Of a DNA stretch of 64,000 nt, positions 59,801 to 64,000 are shown piece by piece. The DNA lies in assembly GCA_002633005.1 (NCBI GenBank), contig NMRA01000078.1, positions 252,587 through 316,586 on the forward strand. The letters run 5' to 3'. Position 1 is the first letter of the stretch; the number at the start of each line of letters is the position of its first letter. The notes under the pieces are model-generated. The model had not been told where the DNA came from and ran no database searches. It was given only the letters and a program-made list of their open reading frames with translations. Origin of the DNA: Phoronis australis (Eukaryota > Animalia > Phoronida). A program made the position numbers and the translations under genes.

Positions 59801-62800
59801 TAGCGGTCTGTATTATATAGAGAGAATAAAATCAGTAGGAGTTTTCCCACAAGGCATAAGTAACACACTTTTGTTTCTTACAGAACTATAATTTGACCTT
59901 CTTGTTTTGCACTTGTTATATTAGAATTCATGATGAGAACATTGAGAAGTCATGGTTTCTTGGAGACCTGGGGTAATTTATGTGCTAATGAGCAGGCTGT
60001 TAAACTCAGAACTCATCAACTGCAGAAGTCTGTCAGTGTGTGGGTGTTTTGTGTATTCCATCATCTCTTGACAGGCTAGTGCAGGAAATGCCTTATGATG
60101 CTGATTAGATATCCACAGCACACAATCAACTGAAGTACTAGCTGTATTGGAGAATGCATTCTTTGTATTGAGGATGTGTGGGGGGGATACTGTCTGAACA
60201 GGGAAAACCTGGAAAAATAAGTATTGACTTTGTATGTGGAAAATGCTGTTACGGTGAGAAAAGGATAAAAACTCTTATGGCAATAAAAAAAATCTGCATA
60301 TTGCTGGTTCGTACATTCAGTTAAGTCTTGGCAACTTTAGGGGGAAATTAGCTCTTGGAAAATTACAGATCAACTGTAAAATCTCAACAATTTAGGATGA
60401 AATATGGCAGAGGGTTGAAATGTTTTGTTCACATTTTTTTATAAAAGATTGCCAGCATCAAATAAATGCTTTGTTGTTTTTAAGTTCTGTACCATAGGTG
60501 CTGTCGGTAAGTGTTTTGAGAAACTGTGTATATTCTAACAGCACTAAAGGTCTTTGATCCATTTGGCAATCTCCTTTTCTTCGTAAATTGATGATATTTT
60601 CCTGTAGATCCTGGAAAATCTCATGATTAATCACAGTAAGTACCTTCTGCTAATTCATGAAAAACAACACCAGTAATTTGCGCCTTGGTTGAATCATAGT
60701 CCAGGGAAAACCCTGGCCACATTGACCCGTTTTTACTGTCGATAAATGTTTAATTTTATCCTGTTGTGATTTTAATGTCACCTCCAATCCTTGGGGAGAT
60801 GATTGAGTTCCTTGTCTGTTATCTATCTGGGTTCGTTGCCAGTGGAATGGAGAGGAAATGTTCAGTGGATTAAGTCGGCTAAGAAACTGGACATTTGAAA
60901 CCTGCAGTAAAATCTCGCTGATTTATGACACAATATGTTGGACTAGTGAAATTAATTTTCTCAAATTTTCACAAAAGTTGTGTAGCGTCAAATTAATGCT
61001 TTAACATTTTCAATTTTTCCAAATATTTCCCGACGGAAACTAGCTATAGTTTCCGTCGGGAAATATTTGGAAAAATTGTATTCACAATGTTGGAAGACCT
61101 TAAACATGAAATAATTTTGGCAACTATTATCAGCAGAAATTTGTGAGATTTTACCATAATAACTAAAAATTTAGAGTGAGTTTGACCACTACACATGCCG
61201 TTCCACACAGAATTGATTTTCATAGCTTCTGGTGCAAGGTATTTAAAGACAGCCAGATAGTACAAGGCATGGTTCTCGTGTTAAAACATGTTGAGACATT
61301 TCTTGACCACCTTTGAAGATGAGAAGTATCTGTCGTTTGGGATGTCTGTATTGAACACTGTCATTTATCAGAATGTAGACACGTGTCATGTTCTTAGAGG
61401 TCTAGTATTTCAAGATTTAAGGCTTGGCTTCGTGTATATGAACATAGGAAAGGTTCTTTACTGGCACTGTCAGTGTCCAGACAGGTAATTAAGAATTAAA
61501 AACCTGCGGTCATTGAACTGTGGGGATCTACTTATTTGATGTTAAATTAATATAAATTGAATTTGTAAGCAACCAATTTGTAAATTGGAATGGTAGAACA
61601 GTTTCGTCACATCACTGCTGGATTGTGGACTATGTTTTTGCGGCATTGCTCTTAGGAGTGTATTCAATTCAGTTTTACATTTGTTGGCTATAGTAATTGT
61701 GTACATCATTCTGTCTGTGTGTCCGTGCAGAGAAACTGCGTTTCTCGTACATGTGTATACGTATGAGGTCGGAGCACTATTCCAGTGTTTCTCCTGGGTT
61801 TTGAAAGAAGCGTGGTGGTGCATAGTACCAGCGGATGCCGAGCCCGACGCCACAATAAAGTGTCATTGTTTGAGCTCGGTGTATCAACAGTTTTGTGTCA
61901 TTCTAACGTATTTTAATTACCAATTAAAGTTCTGAATCGGACACGCCAGGACAGGGCTCAATTCAGACTACATGTTAAAATTATATTCTCTGGCTCTAGA
62001 CACGTTCACAGAACTTAAAAAACCTTCAAACCTATTTAGACCTAACTAACTAACTTGCATAATGAAACTTCGGTTTAGATAGTGTTTATTATATTCTTGC
62101 CCAACGTAAATCAGTTGGATTGGTGTTAGCCGGCATAGCAGCAGACGATTTATTCATCCATTCCATATAGACTACTGAGACTGAACTAGATTGGTGGGTG
62201 GTTCATTAAATTATTGAAAATTTCGTGCAATATAATTTACATTGTTGTACGACAACAAAATAAAATGAATAAAATTTGCCTTTTCTCTATTCAACTCATC
62301 ATTGTTCACTGGCGCTCCGCCTATTTTATAAAAAACTAATGTCAAGACAGTTGCCTGGTCCCTGACTGTATTCAATTACTGTGCATTGTTGGATAACCAG
62401 GCAGTACTGAATGTTGGTCAGGTCACTAAGCGAACGCAAGAAAGTAAAAGGGATATGTTTAACAAGGGATAAGTTCAACATCCGATGTTAAATTATTGTT
62501 TTTCCTGTCGATCCACAAACATCGACAGTAGCTAGGTTAACTTTTGTATTGTGTATTTATTTTTACTAGTGATTTTTGTGTAGCGGTGAGGTTTTCCTGT
62601 CAGGATTAGATGTATGGCAGCTCATAAGTGGCCACTGTTGTACAATCGGTATAATCTTACCTCACAGCCAAGAAGAGCGGTACTCGGCGGAAGTCCGAAA
62701 TATGGGAACTAGCGTGTCAACTTCATCAATTAATGATTGCAATTGTGCTGTGATTTCATGATTACTATGGTTAGGTATATAGTTGTGGGTATGCTCCCAC

Positions 62801-63386
62801 CCAGCCTAAAAACTGGGAGGGAGGCTTGAATTTTTGAGAATGTGGAGCTTTTACTAAAAAAAATGGTTGTGCATTCGCGGAATTTTAGTAGTTCCTGCCT
62901 TTTCAGTGGACTTTAGTCTTACTGTTACGAAATTGATCTCAAATTGTCCCTCAGTAAAAAATGTCATCTCTGGGTTATATTGATAAAAACTGACAGTAAG
63001 GGCAATTAGGCTCTACAAGTTGGCTTTTCACCACTCCCCCGTCATGCTCTCCACCACAAACGAACTGTCAGCACTTTGCAAGAGCAAAAATGACTTCTCA
63101 TCTGAGTTAGGAACAATTTGAGACCTATTTCATAGCAGTAGTTGATTAGTTATACTCATAACGATATCAATTTATAGTAGTTTCTTCGACAGAATGGGGT
63201 TTTATAGCTGCTTTGATTGCCAAGGTCTTGCGTAAATGATGGTCTCGCGTTTTTGCAGGAATTGATGCCAACATGAAATTCAGTATCCAGCCGTTCTCCA
63301 CAGAGGGCGCTTTTGACCAGTGGTGTGATGCCATGAAGGCAGTCACTCGTCTCCCGCTGGGAATACCAGACGAATTTAGGAAGAAG
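41517..63386 (+). CDS. TBC1D30: TBC1 domain family member 30 (Rab-GAP), first three coding exons; gene continues beyond the window
   Basis: join(41517..41817,46069..46233,63259..63386), phases 1/1/0. SSIVDDLLFEIY..RDSLDSDT, ELRSLL.DLQHR..QLSAQLIKQLKRRDR..IQKNSDVVTAILQAASQKRRIDANMKFSIQP...FDQWCDAMKAVTRLPLGIPDEFRKK match the recalled TBC1D30 N-terminus (DIVTACLQAVSQKRRVDTKLKF..QWYDALKAVARL.TGIPKEWRRK). Confidence 0.88.
45669..45930. mobile_element. Tc1/mariner-pogo-type MITE
   Basis: TA|cagtaaaaagtctc ... gagaatttttgctg|TA (12/14 TIR match, TA TSD). Confidence 0.55.
46069..46233 (+). CDS. TBC1D30: TBC1D30 second coding exon (coiled-coil)
   Basis: Acceptor ctttgcag ends 46068; donor gtaagc at 46234. 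Confidence 0.9.
48397..48516. repeat. 20-bp minisatellite TTAGTTCGTTATTATTACTG, ~6 copies
   Basis: Units start at 48401, 48421, 48441, 48461, 48481 and 48501. Confidence 0.9.
49407..50799. mobile_element. 1.4-kb non-autonomous Tc1/mariner-pogo-type DNA transposon
   Basis: 25-bp TIR c(t/c)gtactcgtccgggttaccgccca (24/25 match); TA at 49405-49406 and 50800-50801; aaaaatgggg(g)tgggc repeated near both ends; no transposase ORF recognised. Confidence 0.8.
50072..50142. repeat. 23-bp tandem repeat x3 (AAAGCAAAAACACATCGTGTAAA)
   Basis: Read directly; lies inside the 49407-50799 element. Confidence 0.8.
52522..52849. mobile_element. MITE with CAGGGCCCTC-type TIR
   Basis: Ends cagggccctc / gagtgccttg; right end cagaaggcacaggcacctttcc.ctc.g.tga.cgag shared with a partial copy at ~32180-32293; flanks gagct / gagtt. 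Confidence 0.55.
54545..54925. repeat. Minisatellite of alternating 20- and 17-bp units (CAAC(A/C)TTGGACAATATT[ATT])
   Basis: About 14 well-conserved units at 54660-54924, preceded by diverged units. Confidence 0.9.
55000..55410 (+). mobile_element. Decayed Penelope-like element: GIY-YIG endonuclease remnant plus 3' pLTR region
   Basis: Frameshifted translation KDSTPKEWKSSVVYGIK../YEGDTK/SLKSRLYQH../ENVKILDRE/FRRGMKEVFHERIQKPSL fits the Penelope GIY-YIG pattern VVY.I.C..YIGET..L..R..QH..ILD.E..F.RG.KEAI..I..PSLN; followed by CGAAACGTC. Confidence 0.7.
56690..56940 (-). mobile_element. Possible 3' remnant of a CR1/L2-type LINE
   Basis: Minus strand is C/A-rich and gives degenerate ..YLP..TK.HH..PPKSQKIPT..CH..F.F.KT resembling the LINE ORF2 C-terminus; weak. 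Confidence 0.3.
61011..61078. repeat. Perfect inverted repeat with 32-bp arms and a 4-nt loop
   Basis: caatttttccaaatatttcccgacggaaacta-gcta-tagtttccgtcgggaaatatttggaaaaattg. Confidence 0.95.
62866..63202. mobile_element. MITE of the same family as 5000-5283
   Basis: gttacgaaattgatctcaaattgtccctcag ... catctgagttaggaacaatttgagacctatttcatagc ... tttcttcgacagaatg. Confidence 0.55.
63259..63386 (+). CDS. TBC1D30: TBC1D30 third coding exon (start of TBC domain)
   Basis: Acceptor ttttgcag ends 63258; donor gtatga at 63387; IDANMKFSIQPFSTEGAFDQWCDAMKAVTRLPLGIPDEFRKK; absent from the ORF track. Confidence 0.9.
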
Positions 63387-64000
63387 GTATGATAGGGTGT
63401 TGGTAGATAGAATTTTTTGTGGTGGATTTTGAAATGAGATTGAATTATTAATACTTGAAGATTTGGAAAGAAAATAAGATAGCATGTTGAGATTGACTGT
63501 GAACCATAAGGCATTGCTCTATATTTTATTTGAGTATGGCCTTATATTTGGGTTTGCTTGCATTCTGCCATGACGAAGCCATTAATTCATGTATGGGTGT
63601 ACATCTTGCCACATTTATAAGTGGATAGAGTAAAGTTTTCCCCGTGTTAGGACTTAATGTGGTGGACTAGTGAAATTTTACTTTCTCATTTTTGGATAAA
63701 AGGAAGACATACCTAAATCAGTTCTTTACTGTTTTTAAGTTGTGTAGTAGACAATATTTTGAACTGAACATTTACAACAATGCTACAACCAATTGAAAAT
63801 TGAAAAGACTGAAATATTGACAATTATTTTGTCCGATATTTTAGTGAAATTTTACTGAAACTTGAGTTCAGAAAAACATGGATGTGTCCCAAGAATCCTA
63901 ATAAGTGTCTTTTCACGCGACTATTGTAACCGAAAGGAAACCCGAATAAAGTAAGCCCACAAGATGATTACTGTATTTTATGCTGTGGTTGTGCTACTAG

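Noticed and set aside
62584-62774. Exon-like block (tgtgtag...ttag|gtatat) as an extra TBC1D30 coding exon
   Set aside because: The frame that would join exon 63259 has a stop just before the donor, and exons 46233/63259 already join in frame; it could only be a UTR exon, which cannot be supported here
496-63387. Minor-spliceosome (U12) or non-canonical introns
   Set aside because: All reconstructed donors are ordinary GT sites (weakest gtttga); none reads RTATCCTT

Overview
Eukaryotic (animal, very probably marine invertebrate) genomic DNA: AT-rich, with GT-AG spliceosomal introns and many short non-autonomous transposons. Five genes were reconstructed by hand with consistent splice phases. 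(1) The last five exons of a DBH/MOXD1-like copper monooxygenase (+, 329-4147), whose CuM HxH motif reads RVR and which carries a ~100-aa low-complexity insert. (2) A complete 5-exon Wnt2 (+, 7068-17891, 355 aa). (3) An intronless, diverged Shaker/Kv1-type K+ channel (+, 25695-27302) with LVP instead of the S6 PVP gate motif. (4) A complete 6-exon ANKRD16 (-, 30954-35711, 338 aa). (5) The first three coding exons of TBC1D30 (+, 41517-63386), which continues beyond the window. The most striking non-coding feature is a 1.75-kb Helentron/DINE-1-like element between the convergent Kv and ANKRD16 genes. Its internal ~150-bp satellite carries ten same-orientation CTCF-like motifs, with an eleventh destroyed by a fold-back palindrome, and it lies at an apparent CpG-rich to CpG-poor transition. 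Also present: MITEs with 2-, 4-, 5- and 8-bp target-site duplications, a decayed Penelope GIY-YIG fragment with a degenerate hammerhead-like core, a perfect 32-bp-arm hairpin, and several mini/microsatellites. All family assignments rest on motif recognition from memory; no database search was run.
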